A stretch of DNA of 64,000 bases from an uncultured Spirochaetota bacterium. Its GTDB lineage: Bacteria > Spirochaetota > Spirochaetia > SZUA-6 > Fen-1364. The notes beneath the pieces were generated by a model. It saw only the letters and a program-made list of their open reading frames with translations, searched no databases and had not been told where the DNA came from. The stretch spans positions 247,591 through 311,590 of the forward strand of contig CAWJSK010000013.1 in the NCBI GenBank assembly GCA_963845535.1, given 5' to 3'. Position numbers and translations under genes: made by a program. Of the stretch, positions 1-8,579 are shown in pieces; the stretch's first letter is position 1, and every line of letters begins with the position of its first letter.

Positions 1-12
1 GGGGGCCGGAAA

Positions 13-318
13 GTGAGCATCTTCGAGATCATAATGCTGGTGTGTTTCGGCGCGGCATGGCCGTTCTCGATCTACAAGTCGTGGAGGACGCGCCAGGTGG
101 CAGGCAAGAGCCTTCCCTTCCTCCTGGTGATCGTGGTCGGGTACATCGCCGGGATCCTCCACAAGCTGATCTACCATTTCGACCTCGTGATCTATCTCTA
201 TGCGCTGAACGCGCTCATGGTGAGCATCGATATCATCCTCTACCTGCGCAATCGGGTGTATCACACGCGGGAGAGCCTCGCGGCGGCCGTCCGGGAGGGG
301 AAAGGGGACGCGAAGTGA
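13..318 (+). CDS. PQ-loop/SemiSWEET-like small membrane protein
   Basis: 101 aa, three hydrophobic helices, 'FGAAWPFSIYKSWRTR..GKS' pattern. Confidence 0.6.
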   Translation: MSIFEIIMLVCFGAAWPFSIYKSWRTRQVAGKSLPFLLVIVVGYIAGILHKLIYHFDLVIYLYALNALMVSIDIILYLRNRVYHTRESLAAAVREGKGDAK

Positions 319-806
319 GGGTGCTGATAGCGTACAGAAGCCGTTACGGCGCAACCCAGTCGTGCGCCCAATTCCTTGCGGACAGGGTTTCCGCCGAAAC
401 AGTGCTCCATGACCTGCGGTTGCCCGGCAGGCCGTCACCGGCGGACTTCGACGTGATCCTGGTGGGCGGTTCGATCTACGGGGGAAAGATCCAGCGGGAG
501 ATCGGATCCTTTTGCGACCAGGAACGCGAGCGGCTCCTGTCGAAAAAGGTCGGCCTGTTCATCTGCAGCTTCTACGACGGAGAGAGAGGGATGGCGGAGC
601 TCCAGGGGTCATTCCCCCCCTGGCTGTCCGCGCACGCGTTCGCCCGCGAGCTTTTTGGCGGAAAGCTTTCCGTGGGGAAGCTTTCCGTGCTGGACAGGTT
701 CCTGGCAAAGGCCGTTGTCCATCCGCCGCATGACATCTTCGCCATCCGAACGGAGGCAATCGAGCGGATGGCAGAAGCGGTGAACGCGCTGAAGGCTTCA
801 GCCTGA
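315..806 (+). CDS. Flavodoxin-domain protein (HemG/Flavodoxin_5-like)
   Basis: GTG start overlaps the upstream stop (GTGA); 'LIAYRSRYGAT' and 'ILVGGSIYGG' FMN-binding motifs. Confidence 0.75.
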   Translation: MRVLIAYRSRYGATQSCAQFLADRVSAETVLHDLRLPGRPSPADFDVILVGGSIYGGKIQREIGSFCDQERERLLSKKVGLFICSFYDGERGMAELQGSFPPWLSAHAFARELFGGKLSVGKLSVLDRFLAKAVVHPPHDIFAIRTEAIERMAEAVNALKASA

Positions 807-900
807 CAGACGTCACGCTGAGAGACCTTGCGCCGACGGACCTTACGCTGAGGGTCTCCGCGCGGATTACCGCGCTGACGGATTACCGCCTCCGCGCCGA

Positions 901-2154
901 CTACGGCGCCAGGACGAGGGCGCGCGCCACCAGGTGGGAGAGGAACTCCACCTTCATCCCGATGTTGTAGTGCTCGTTGAGGTCCGTGAGCTGGGTGTGG
1001 CAGTTCTCGCACGCCGTGCAGATCACCTGCGCGCCGGATGCCTTCATCTGCTCCGCCTTGACCCGCCCTGAGGCCATGCGAAACTCTTTCTCCCCCATGG
1101 CAACGAGCCCGCCCCCGCCGCCGCAACACCAGTTGTTCTCCTTGTTGGGGGAGAGCTCGACGAAGTTGTCGGTCAGGTGGCTGATGACGTAGCGGGGCTC
1201 CTCGATGACCCCGCCGTTGCGCGCAATCTGGCACGGATCATGGTAGGTGAGCGTGCCGGAAAACCGCGAGGGGTCCAGGTGGATGCGGCCTTCCCGCACG
1301 TAGCGGGCAATCAGCTCGACGAACGCGGACACCTTGAACGGATGGTAGCCGCTCATGTACTTCATCACACGAAAGGCCGTTCCGCACTCCACGATCACGA
1401 CTTCCTTCGCCTGCAGCCGGATTGCCTCGTCATGAATCCGCCGGGCAATGAGCTGCATCTTCTTGGGGTCCCCCAGGAACGCGGCGAAGTTCACCGCTTC
1501 GAACCGGCTCAGCGTCCACTTCTCCCCGGCCGCGTTCATGATTGCCGCCGCGGGGACAATGGAGTGCTTGCCGGCAAGGGCCACGTACAGGACGTTGGCG
1601 CCCATGGCCCCGACAGTGATGGTTGGCCTGTCCGGGCTCGACGGCCAGATGGCCTCGATCTCCGGAGCGAGGTTCAGCACCGCCTGGTCGAAGCTTGCCT
1701 TCGTCTCTTCCGCCCCTTCCGCCTTTGCAATCGACATGTCCGAAAGCATGGTGAGGAGCTTGGGCTCCTTGTCCGCGCCGATCAGGAGGAGCTTGGCAAT
1801 GGACATGATCATCTGCGTGTCGATCCCGAACGGGCACCAGCTCATGCACCGCCGGCATCCCGTGCATGACCAGGCCGCGTCATACACGGATGCAAGGGTC
1901 TGGTCGTCCATGGGGAGTACTTCCCCGAGCCACGGAGCGATCTTCCCCTGGAGCTTGAAGTAGCGCTTGAAGACCTTGCGGATCACCTCCGCCCGGCCTA
2001 CCGCGGAGTAGCGCAGCTGGGGCATGGAGGCATAGACGTGGCAGGCTTCCACGCACACGCCGCAGCGCGCGCAGGTGTCCAGGTAAAGGCGCATGGCGCC
2101 GTTGAGCTTCGTCTCGAAAAGCTCTTTGAGCTTTGTGGATGTTGCCGCGTCCAT
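901..2154 (-). CDS. HdrD/DsrK/HmcF-like Fe-S oxidoreductase with CCG domain
   Basis: Two CxxCxxCxxxC motifs; C-terminal 'YHDPCQ..CCGGGGG..TACENC' CCG domain. Confidence 0.85.
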   Translation of the reverse strand: MDAATSTKLKELFETKLNGAMRLYLDTCARCGVCVEACHVYASMPQLRYSAVGRAEVIRKVFKRYFKLQGKIAPWLGEVLPMDDQTLASVYDAAWSCTGCRRCMSWCPFGIDTQMIMSIAKLLLIGADKEPKLLTMLSDMSIAKAEGAEETKASFDQAVLNLAPEIEAIWPSSPDRPTITVGAMGANVLYVALAGKHSIVPAAAIMNAAGEKWTLSRFEAVNFAAFLGDPKKMQLIARRIHDEAIRLQAKEVVIVECGTAFRVMKYMSGYHPFKVSAFVELIARYVREGRIHLDPSRFSGTLTYHDPCQIARNGGVIEEPRYVISHLTDNFVELSPNKENNWCCGGGGGLVAMGEKEFRMASGRVKAEQMKASGAQVICTACENCHTQLTDLNEHYNIGMKVEFLSHLVARALVLAP

Positions 2155-2157
2155 ATC

Positions 2158-3096
2158 CTATTTCCTCCGCAGCAGGTTGACCGGAATGGTGAAGAAGGTG
2201 TGCACGACCTTGGTGAAGGGCAGCACAATGAAGAACACGTTGGCCAGCAGCACGTGCAGCACGACGAAGTGGTAATGCGATCCGTGGAGAACGGCGCGAG
2301 GGTCCGCGAACGTGAAACGGGCAAGCCCGTTGAAGTAGAGGGCGAAGTCCTTCTTGGTCATGACGAAACCGTGGGCGCCCCACGAGTTGGCCCAGCTCAT
2401 CATGTCCCCGAGAAGGAAAAGGAAAAGAAGGAGGAGGAGAAGCAGATAGTCGCCGGGCGTGGAGATCTCCCGCACGGGGCTCCTGAATCTTCGCAGGATG
2501 AAGTACATGACGGAGACGGTGAGAACCACCCCGACGCTGCCGGCTCCGATCATATGCTTCGACGCCGCCGGAAGCATCCGCAACGCCGGGATCATGTCCA
2601 GGTGCGCCAGGATGAGAAGCAGGAACGCGATGTGGAAAAGGATCAGGAAAATCCAGAAGAATGGTTTGTGCTGCCGGACCTGTCGCATCCCGAAAGCGTC
2701 ACGGATAGCCGCAAAGACGCGCCATTTGGCCGCCGGGTACAGCGTGAGCGGGTAGGACTGCGCCGGCGAACGCAGAATGACGATGATCCTCCATACAACC
2801 CCCACGACGAGGGCCAGGATGGCGAGGTACACCATGGGGACCATGATGAAGTAGTACACGGCGGCAAGAGGGCCGCCGGCCGCCGCGGCATGGGATGCAG
2901 ATGAGACGGCATCCGCCGCGGCCGGCGACGCAGCCTGGGAGGCCGCGGAGACCGCCTGCGCGGCGGACTGGGCCGCGGCGTGCGTTGCTGATGAAGCCGC
3001 CTGCGAGGCCGCGGAGACCGCCTGTGCGGCGGTCTTGGCAGCGGCAACCGACGCCGCCTTCGAAGCGGCTGATACGGCGTCCGTGACGGACGGCAT
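2158..3096 (-). CDS. NarI/DsrM/HdrE-like membrane cytochrome b with Ala/Ser-rich N-terminal repeats
   Basis: About five TM helices with heme-ligand His pairs (FH..AH; LH..VH); directly upstream of the HdrD-like gene. Confidence 0.8.
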   Translation of the reverse strand: MPSVTDAVSAASKAASVAAAKTAAQAVSAASQAASSATHAAAQSAAQAVSAASQAASPAAADAVSSASHAAAAGGPLAAVYYFIMVPMVYLAILALVVGVVWRIIVILRSPAQSYPLTLYPAAKWRVFAAIRDAFGMRQVRQHKPFFWIFLILFHIAFLLLILAHLDMIPALRMLPAASKHMIGAGSVGVVLTVSVMYFILRRFRSPVREISTPGDYLLLLLLLFLFLLGDMMSWANSWGAHGFVMTKKDFALYFNGLARFTFADPRAVLHGSHYHFVVLHVLLANVFFIVLPFTKVVHTFFTIPVNLLRRK

Positions 3097-3105
3097 GGAG
3101 GCCTC

Positions 3106-3344
3106 CTATTTCATCCTTTTCACGAAGATCTTGATGAGGCCGGGCTCCTGCTTTGTTTCCATGATGGCGTGCCCCATCGTTTTCGCCCACGCCGGGAAGT
3201 CCGCCAGGGAGCCGGGTCCGTCGTGTGGACTTCGATCACCTCTCCCACGGAGACGGTGCCGATCTGCTGGCTGATCTTGACCACGGGCATGGGGCAGGCA
3301 AGCCCTTTGTAGTCGAGTGTCTTTGCTATCGCATAATCTGCCAT
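3106..3344 (-). CDS. tusA: TusA/SirA-family sulfur carrier; 1-nt frameshift at ~3214-3216, likely sequencing error
   Basis: 'LDYKGLACPMP' CPxP motif; adding one C after TTD restores 'PGSLADFPAWAKTMGH..KIFVKRMK*' (79 aa). Confidence 0.8.
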
Positions 3345-3365
3345 GGAACTCTCCTTCGATTCAGG

Positions 3366-3908
3366 TTAGATGAAAAACTGCAGGGAAGATTCTTTGGCGT
3401 GCGCAAGCATGGTGGCCACGCCGCATACCTCGATATTGGGGTACTGGATCATCTCTTCCTTCTTGAAGCCCATGAGGTCCATCGACATCTCGCAGATGTA
3501 GATCTTCACGGCAAGCTCGCCCGCCACCTCGAAGAGCTGGTCCAGGCTGGCGACGTTCTTTTTTTTCATGAGCCCCTTCAGCATTGCCGTGCCCATGCCG
3601 GCCATGTGCATCTGCGAGAGCTTCAGGGCGTTCCTGCCCTTCGGCAGCATGACGCCGAACATCTTCGAGATCATGTTCTTGCCGTTCACGCGCTTGGCGG
3701 GGTCCCGGAGGGCCGCCGTGCCCCAGAACGTGAAGAACAGCACCACCTCCATCCCCATGGCTGCCGCTCCCGTGGCAATGATCATTGCCGCGATCTGTCG
3801 GTCGAGGCTCCCGGAGAAGACCACCATGGTGAGCTTGTTCCCCGTGCCCGGAGTCGATTCGACCTTTGCCTTGAGCTCTGCGAGCTCCCTTTCGACGTTG
3901 ACGCTCAT
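3366..3908 (-). CDS. DsrE/DsrF-like (DrsE_2) sulfurtransferase-family protein
   Basis: 'VFSGSLD', 'FFTFWG' and 'CEMSMDLMG' motifs; AGGAGG SD before ATG 3908. Confidence 0.85.
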   Translation of the reverse strand: MSVNVERELAELKAKVESTPGTGNKLTMVVFSGSLDRQIAAMIIATGAAAMGMEVVLFFTFWGTAALRDPAKRVNGKNMISKMFGVMLPKGRNALKLSQMHMAGMGTAMLKGLMKKKNVASLDQLFEVAGELAVKIYICEMSMDLMGFKKEEMIQYPNIEVCGVATMLAHAKESSLQFFI

Positions 3909-4222
3909 GTGAGCCCTCCTTGCATTCGATTCGAGGGACACCCCTCGAGGCATTTCACAAGCTGACGCAGCCGCGGCTCCCCCAGGCGGTAGCTTGCCCT
4001 GCCGCGCGCGCGGAAAGATTCCACTAATCCGCCCATCCTGAGGATCCGAAGCTGCTGCGAAAGGATGGCCTGCGCCACGCCGAGCCGCTCCGCCATGATG
4101 GTCACGGACAGGTCCTCCGCGCACAGCATCCCCACGATCCGTAAGCGGATGGGGTGCGCCAGCGCTTTGAGAGCGTCTGCCAGGTGAGCGGCTTTCACCC
4201 GGTCTGCCACCAGGCTTGCCAT
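3905..4222 (-). CDS. ArsR/SmtB-family repressor
   Basis: 'LKALAHPIRLRIV..SQQLRILR..GLV' wHTH; Cys residues in helix 2 and the C-terminal helix. Confidence 0.85.
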   Translation of the reverse strand: MASLVADRVKAAHLADALKALAHPIRLRIVGMLCAEDLSVTIMAERLGVAQAILSQQLRILRMGGLVESFRARGRASYRLGEPRLRQLVKCLEGCPSNRMQGGLT

Positions 4223-4402
4223 CCGAGACCTCCTCAGGCTTTTTATTGATCTTACGACATAGTTATATCACTATAATCAAAGATGTGCAACATATTTCGA
4301 TCTTTTTTTCACGACTCGCAATTGCGCCTGGGATTGCAATTGCTGGTCGTAATTGTCCTTCGAGCCGCCGTGAAGTACCTTCGACTGAGCGGGAGGTCCA
4401 TC

Positions 4403-5359
4403 ATGAAGACAGTCGTCATAGGAGGTACGGGCCATATCGGCACCTTCCTCGTTCCCCGGCTCCTCCAGGCAGGTCATGAGGTCATCTGCCTCAGCAGAGG
4501 GCAGAGATCGCCGTACGAAGACCAGGGAATCTGGAAAGAAGCCCGACGTGAAAAAGTGGACCGGGCGGCGGAGGACAAGGCGGGGACCTTCGGAGCCCGC
4601 GTGGCCGCCCTGCGCGCAGACGTAGTGATAGACCTCATCTGCTACACGGAGGAAAGCGCGCGCCAGATCGTCCAGGGCATTGAAGGAAAAACGGGGCTTT
4701 ACCTTTGCTGCGGCACCATCTGGGTCCACGGGCCGTCGGTCTCGGTGCCGACAACGGAATCGGAGCCGCGCAAGCCATTCGGGGAGTATGGGATCGGAAA
4801 GGCGGCCATGGAATCATGGCTCCTCTCCCACGCGCATGAGACCGGCTTCCCTGCCGCGGTGCTCCACCCTGGGCATATCGTTGGCCGGGGGTGGGTGCCG
4901 CTGAACCCCGCCGGCAACTTCAATCCCACGGTCTTCGAAACGCTTGCGCGCGGCGGCCGGCTTGCCCTGCCGAACCTGGGGCTTGAAACGGTCCATCACG
5001 TCCACGCTGACGACGTAGCCCAGGCTTTCTGCAAGGCGATCGAGCGCAGGTCAACCGCCGTGGGGGAAAGCTTCCACGTCGTTTCACCCGCCGCCGTGAG
5101 CCTTCGGGGCTACGCGGAACGGGTGGCGCAGTGGTTCGGAGCCAAAGCCCAGCTCGATTTCCTCCCCTGGGAGCAGTGGCGCGTCACGGAGTCCCCCGAG
5201 GACGCTGCGGCCACCTGGGACCACATCGCGCACAGCCCGTGCTGCAGCATAGAGAAAGCGCGGAAGCTGCTGGGGTACCAGCCGCGCTACGAATCCCTCC
5301 CGGCGGTTTTCGAGTCCCTGGAGTGGCTCACGGAGCGCGGGAAGCTGAGGGTCAGTTGA
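4403..5359 (+). CDS. NAD-dependent epimerase/dehydratase
   Basis: 'VIGGTGHIG' Rossmann motif, YxxxK ('YGIGK'); GGAGG SD. Confidence 0.85.
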   Translation: MKTVVIGGTGHIGTFLVPRLLQAGHEVICLSRGQRSPYEDQGIWKEARREKVDRAAEDKAGTFGARVAALRADVVIDLICYTEESARQIVQGIEGKTGLYLCCGTIWVHGPSVSVPTTESEPRKPFGEYGIGKAAMESWLLSHAHETGFPAAVLHPGHIVGRGWVPLNPAGNFNPTVFETLARGGRLALPNLGLETVHHVHADDVAQAFCKAIERRSTAVGESFHVVSPAAVSLRGYAERVAQWFGAKAQLDFLPWEQWRVTESPEDAAATWDHIAHSPCCSIEKARKLLGYQPRYESLPAVFESLEWLTERGKLRVS

Positions 5360-5867
5360 ACTTGAACAGGATGCCCGCGTTGGCGTGGATGACCTGAAGG
5401 TTCTGCCCGCCGTCGAACACGACGTTGTACTTGCCCTGGAAGAAAAGGTCCAGGTTGCTCACGAGCTGGAACGTGACGCCGGCCAGGGCTCCGATATGCG
5501 GATCCAGCACGGCGGTGACCGCCGTCAGGCCCGGCACGACGCCGGCGTAGATGGCGAACCCGGACAGCGGGACAATGAACTTGAAGGCGAGGTCTATGTC
5601 CGTTGCATTCTGATCCTGCAGCTTGTACAGCTCGGCTGATGGCGTGATGTGGAACGTGTACAACAGCGGGATGTCCACGTAGAAGCCCCAGTTGAAGCTC
5701 AAGCTCCCGCTCGTGTTGGGGATGTTGGGCGTGCTGCCGGTGGCGTCGGCGAGACCCAGAGAGATCCCGAGGCCGACCGGGTTCTGTGATTGGGCGGCTA
5801 TGGGCGCGCATGCAAGGACTGCGAAAAGAAAAGCAACAAGACCAGCAAACAATGTGCGGGATTTCAT
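5352..5867 (-). CDS. Small outer-membrane beta-barrel protein
   Basis: Signal peptide, alternating amphipathic strands, C-terminal 'GILFKFN'. Confidence 0.6.
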   Translation of the reverse strand: MKSRTLFAGLVAFLFAVLACAPIAAQSQNPVGLGISLGLADATGSTPNIPNTSGSLSFNWGFYVDIPLLYTFHITPSAELYKLQDQNATDIDLAFKFIVPLSGFAIYAGVVPGLTAVTAVLDPHIGALAGVTFQLVSNLDLFFQGKYNVVFDGGQNLQVIHANAGILFKFN

Positions 5868-5948
5868 ATTCCCCTCCCTTGCTTCCATTGTAACGCAGAC
5901 AACGCCGCAACGCAAACGGCGTTGCAGCGCAATCCGCGTCCTGCCCGC

Positions 5949-7316
5949 TTACGGCTCGACGGCGTCCGAGGCATCGTATTCCAGCCATCCCCTCCTGATG
6001 AGGTCCCTGTACCAGAGCGCGCTCTTTTTCCATTCCCTCTTCTGCGTCGAGAAGTCCGTATGGATCAGCCCGCAGCGCATCGACAGTCCTTTGCTCCACT
6101 CGAAGTTGTCGAGCAGGCTCCAGAAGAAGTAACCCCGGCAATCCGAGCCGTCCCGCAGCGCGCGAGCAACGTGCGCGAGATGGTCCGCCATGTAGGAGAC
6201 GCGGCCGCCGTCATCCAGGGGATCAGCTCCGGGAACGTCCGGAATGGGCGGTCCGTTTTCCGTGATCATGCACGGAGGATTGCCAAGCTCGTTCTTCAGC
6301 CTCATCAAAGCCCGGTAGATGCCGGGGGGATGGATCTCGTCTCCCATGGCGGTATGCGGCGCGGAAGGCTCGAAACGCTCCACGGCGTGAAGAAACGGGG
6401 TGAAAAAGGAGTAGCGGTACCTGTTTCTCCGGTAGTAATTTATTCCAACGAAGCTTCCGCGGCCCTCGATGCGGGCCATGTCCTTCTCGAAGCCGCGCGG
6501 AAAAAAGCGGCCCATCCGGTCAAGGACGCGCCGGGGATAGCCGCCGGAACCCATCGGGAAAAGCACGACGCCATTGGCCATGTCATCCATGAAGGCAGCC
6601 GCCTCAACATCCCTGCGCCGGGAAGGGTCCGCTGGGAGGACGTCCACGTAGTAGTGGGCAAGCCCGGCCATGCCGCCCGGCACGAGAGCCGCGCAGGCGT
6701 CGGCGAGCTGCGCGTGCGCCAGGAGGAGATGATGGGCGCTGTGGAACATCCCTCGAAGATCGAACTTGTGCGCGGGCGGGTATTCCGCCGTGCCGTAGCC
6801 CTGGAACGAGTAGAGGGAAGGCTCATTGATCGTGCACCACTTCTTGACCCTGTCCCCGAGCCTGCGCATGAGGAGCGTCCCCAGCTCGAGCAGGCGGTCC
6901 ACCGCCTCCCTGCGCGCGAATCCTCCCCCGCGGGCAAGCCAGAGAGGTTCCTCGAGATGAAAGACCGTCAGGAGGGGGGCAATCCCGGCAGCCAGAAGCA
7001 CGTCCACCAGTCTGTCGTAGAAATCGATGCCTTTCTGGTTGACGACCCCCGGCTCGGGGAAGATCCTCGTCCATCCCGTGGAAAACCTGTACGCCGAGAG
7101 GCCGAGATCCCGCATGTGACGGATGTCTTCCTCGAAGCGTCGATAGTGGTCGCACGCAACGTCCCCGTTGGTGGCGTCCTCGATCGTCCCGCGTCGATGA
7201 GTGAACTCGTGCCACGTGGAAGCGGTTGCCCCGTCCGCCAACGGGGAGCCTTCGATCTGGTACGCCGAGGTGGCGGCGCCCCAGAGGAAGCTTTTCGGGA
7301 ATGTGTACGTCGCCAT
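5949..7316 (-). CDS. GH1 beta-glucosidase
   Basis: 'FLWGAATSAYQIEG', 'TINEP', 'ITENG' and 'WSLLDNFEW' motifs. Confidence 0.92.
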   Translation of the reverse strand: MATYTFPKSFLWGAATSAYQIEGSPLADGATASTWHEFTHRRGTIEDATNGDVACDHYRRFEEDIRHMRDLGLSAYRFSTGWTRIFPEPGVVNQKGIDFYDRLVDVLLAAGIAPLLTVFHLEEPLWLARGGGFARREAVDRLLELGTLLMRRLGDRVKKWCTINEPSLYSFQGYGTAEYPPAHKFDLRGMFHSAHHLLLAHAQLADACAALVPGGMAGLAHYYVDVLPADPSRRRDVEAAAFMDDMANGVVLFPMGSGGYPRRVLDRMGRFFPRGFEKDMARIEGRGSFVGINYYRRNRYRYSFFTPFLHAVERFEPSAPHTAMGDEIHPPGIYRALMRLKNELGNPPCMITENGPPIPDVPGADPLDDGGRVSYMADHLAHVARALRDGSDCRGYFFWSLLDNFEWSKGLSMRCGLIHTDFSTQKREWKKSALWYRDLIRRGWLEYDASDAVEP

Positions 7317-7401
7317 GCCGGCGTCCAGGATATCACGCCCCGGGGACGCGTCATAGACCGGAGGAGAGGCGCCCGGTATAATCCCGCGAACGGAGACGGT
7401 T

Positions 7402-8079
7402 TTGGAGAAACAAGGATATCGTTCCCTCAACCTCGTGACGGCGGTATTCGTCACGTGCCTCATCACGTCGAACATCATCGCGGTGAAGATCATAGACGTG
7501 CTGGGGGTCGTGGTTCCGGCGGCCGTGGTCATCTTTCCCCTCAGCTACCTGTTCGGCGACATCCTGACCGAAGTGTACGGGTATGCGCGGTCGCGCCAGG
7601 TGATCTGGATCGGGTTCGGATGCAACGCCCTTGCCGTCCTTGCAATGTGGATTGGCGGAAGGCTCCCCTCTGCGGTCTTCTGGGACGGCCAGGCCGCGTA
7701 CGTGCGCATCCTGGGATCCACCCCACGGCTGCTTCTTGCTTCGTTCAGCGCGTACCTCGTGGGAGAGTTCCTCAATTCGCTCGTCCTTGCCCGCCTGAAG
7801 ATCGCCACGAAGGGGCGATGGCTTTGGACCAGGACCATCACGAGCACCCTCGTGGGCCAGGGAGCGGACTCCCTCATCTTCATCGTGATCGCTTTTGCCG
7901 GTTCCGTTTCGACTTCTGACCTCGCGCGCGTGGTCGTTGCCCAGTGGCTCGTCAAGTCGGCGTATGAGACCGTCGCCACTCCCGCCACCTACGCCATCGT
8001 GAGATTCCTGAAGAGAACGGAGCGGGAGGACTATTACGATTACAAGACTGATTTCAATCCCTTCCGGCTGAAGGGATGA
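7402..8079 (+). CDS. yhhQ: Queuosine precursor transporter (YhhQ/Vut_1)
   Basis: 'FPLSYLFGDILTEVYG', 'RTITSTLVGQGADS'; next to queF. Confidence 0.85.
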   Translation: MEKQGYRSLNLVTAVFVTCLITSNIIAVKIIDVLGVVVPAAVVIFPLSYLFGDILTEVYGYARSRQVIWIGFGCNALAVLAMWIGGRLPSAVFWDGQAAYVRILGSTPRLLLASFSAYLVGEFLNSLVLARLKIATKGRWLWTRTITSTLVGQGADSLIFIVIAFAGSVSTSDLARVVVAQWLVKSAYETVATPATYAIVRFLKRTEREDYYDYKTDFNPFRLKG

Positions 8080-8131
8080 GGAGGCTGCCACGAAAGCACC
8101 GAGGCGCGCAACGGAGAGTCTCTCAGCGGGA

Positions 8132-8512
8132 TTGACGCTCCTCAGGAAGAAAAAGGCCAGGCCCGTGAGAAAGCTGGAGGCTTTCCCGAACCGGACCCCC
8201 GGCCGCCGCTATACGGTGACGCTCGTGTGTCCCGAGTTCACGTGCGTGTGCCCCATGACGGGCCAGCCGGATTTCGGCACCATCACCATCCACTACGTCC
8301 CGGATCGAAAGATCCTGGAGTCGAAATCCCTCAAGCTGTACCTCTGGTCCTACCGGCAGGAGGGCGCGTTCCACGAGCACGTGACCAACCGCATCCTTGA
8401 CGACGTGGTGAGCGCGCTCGACCCGTGGTACTGCAAGGTGACGGGGGATTTCAACGCGCGCGGCGGCATATCCATCACGGTGGTGGCTGAGCACGAGAAG
8501 AAAGACTCGTGA
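8132..8512 (+). CDS. queF: NADPH-dependent preQ0 reductase
   Basis: 'EFTCVCPMTGQPDF', 'ESKSLKLYL' and 'FHE' motifs. Confidence 0.92.
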   Translation: MTLLRKKKARPVRKLEAFPNRTPGRRYTVTLVCPEFTCVCPMTGQPDFGTITIHYVPDRKILESKSLKLYLWSYRQEGAFHEHVTNRILDDVVSALDPWYCKVTGDFNARGGISITVVAEHEKKDS

Positions 8513-8579
8513 CGCACGGGCCGCCCGCCCAGCGGGCCCGTGGGCGGGCTGAGCGTTTTGCCGCGCGTCCGGGAGCGCC

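Noticed and set aside
807..900. Short degenerate repeats (cggattaccgc x2, acctt.cgc.ga x2) between convergent genes
   Set aside because: Too short and irregular to assign; probably local slippage.
7317..7401. preQ1 riboswitch upstream of yhhQ-queF
   Set aside because: Short intergenic region with TATAAT only ~20 nt before the start; no preQ1 stem or A-rich tail.
5790..7919. 709-aa + strand ORF and similar long ORFs (e.g. 40796-42673, 44296-45858, 54519-56042)
   Set aside because: Antisense or off-frame shadows of well-supported genes, expected at high GC.
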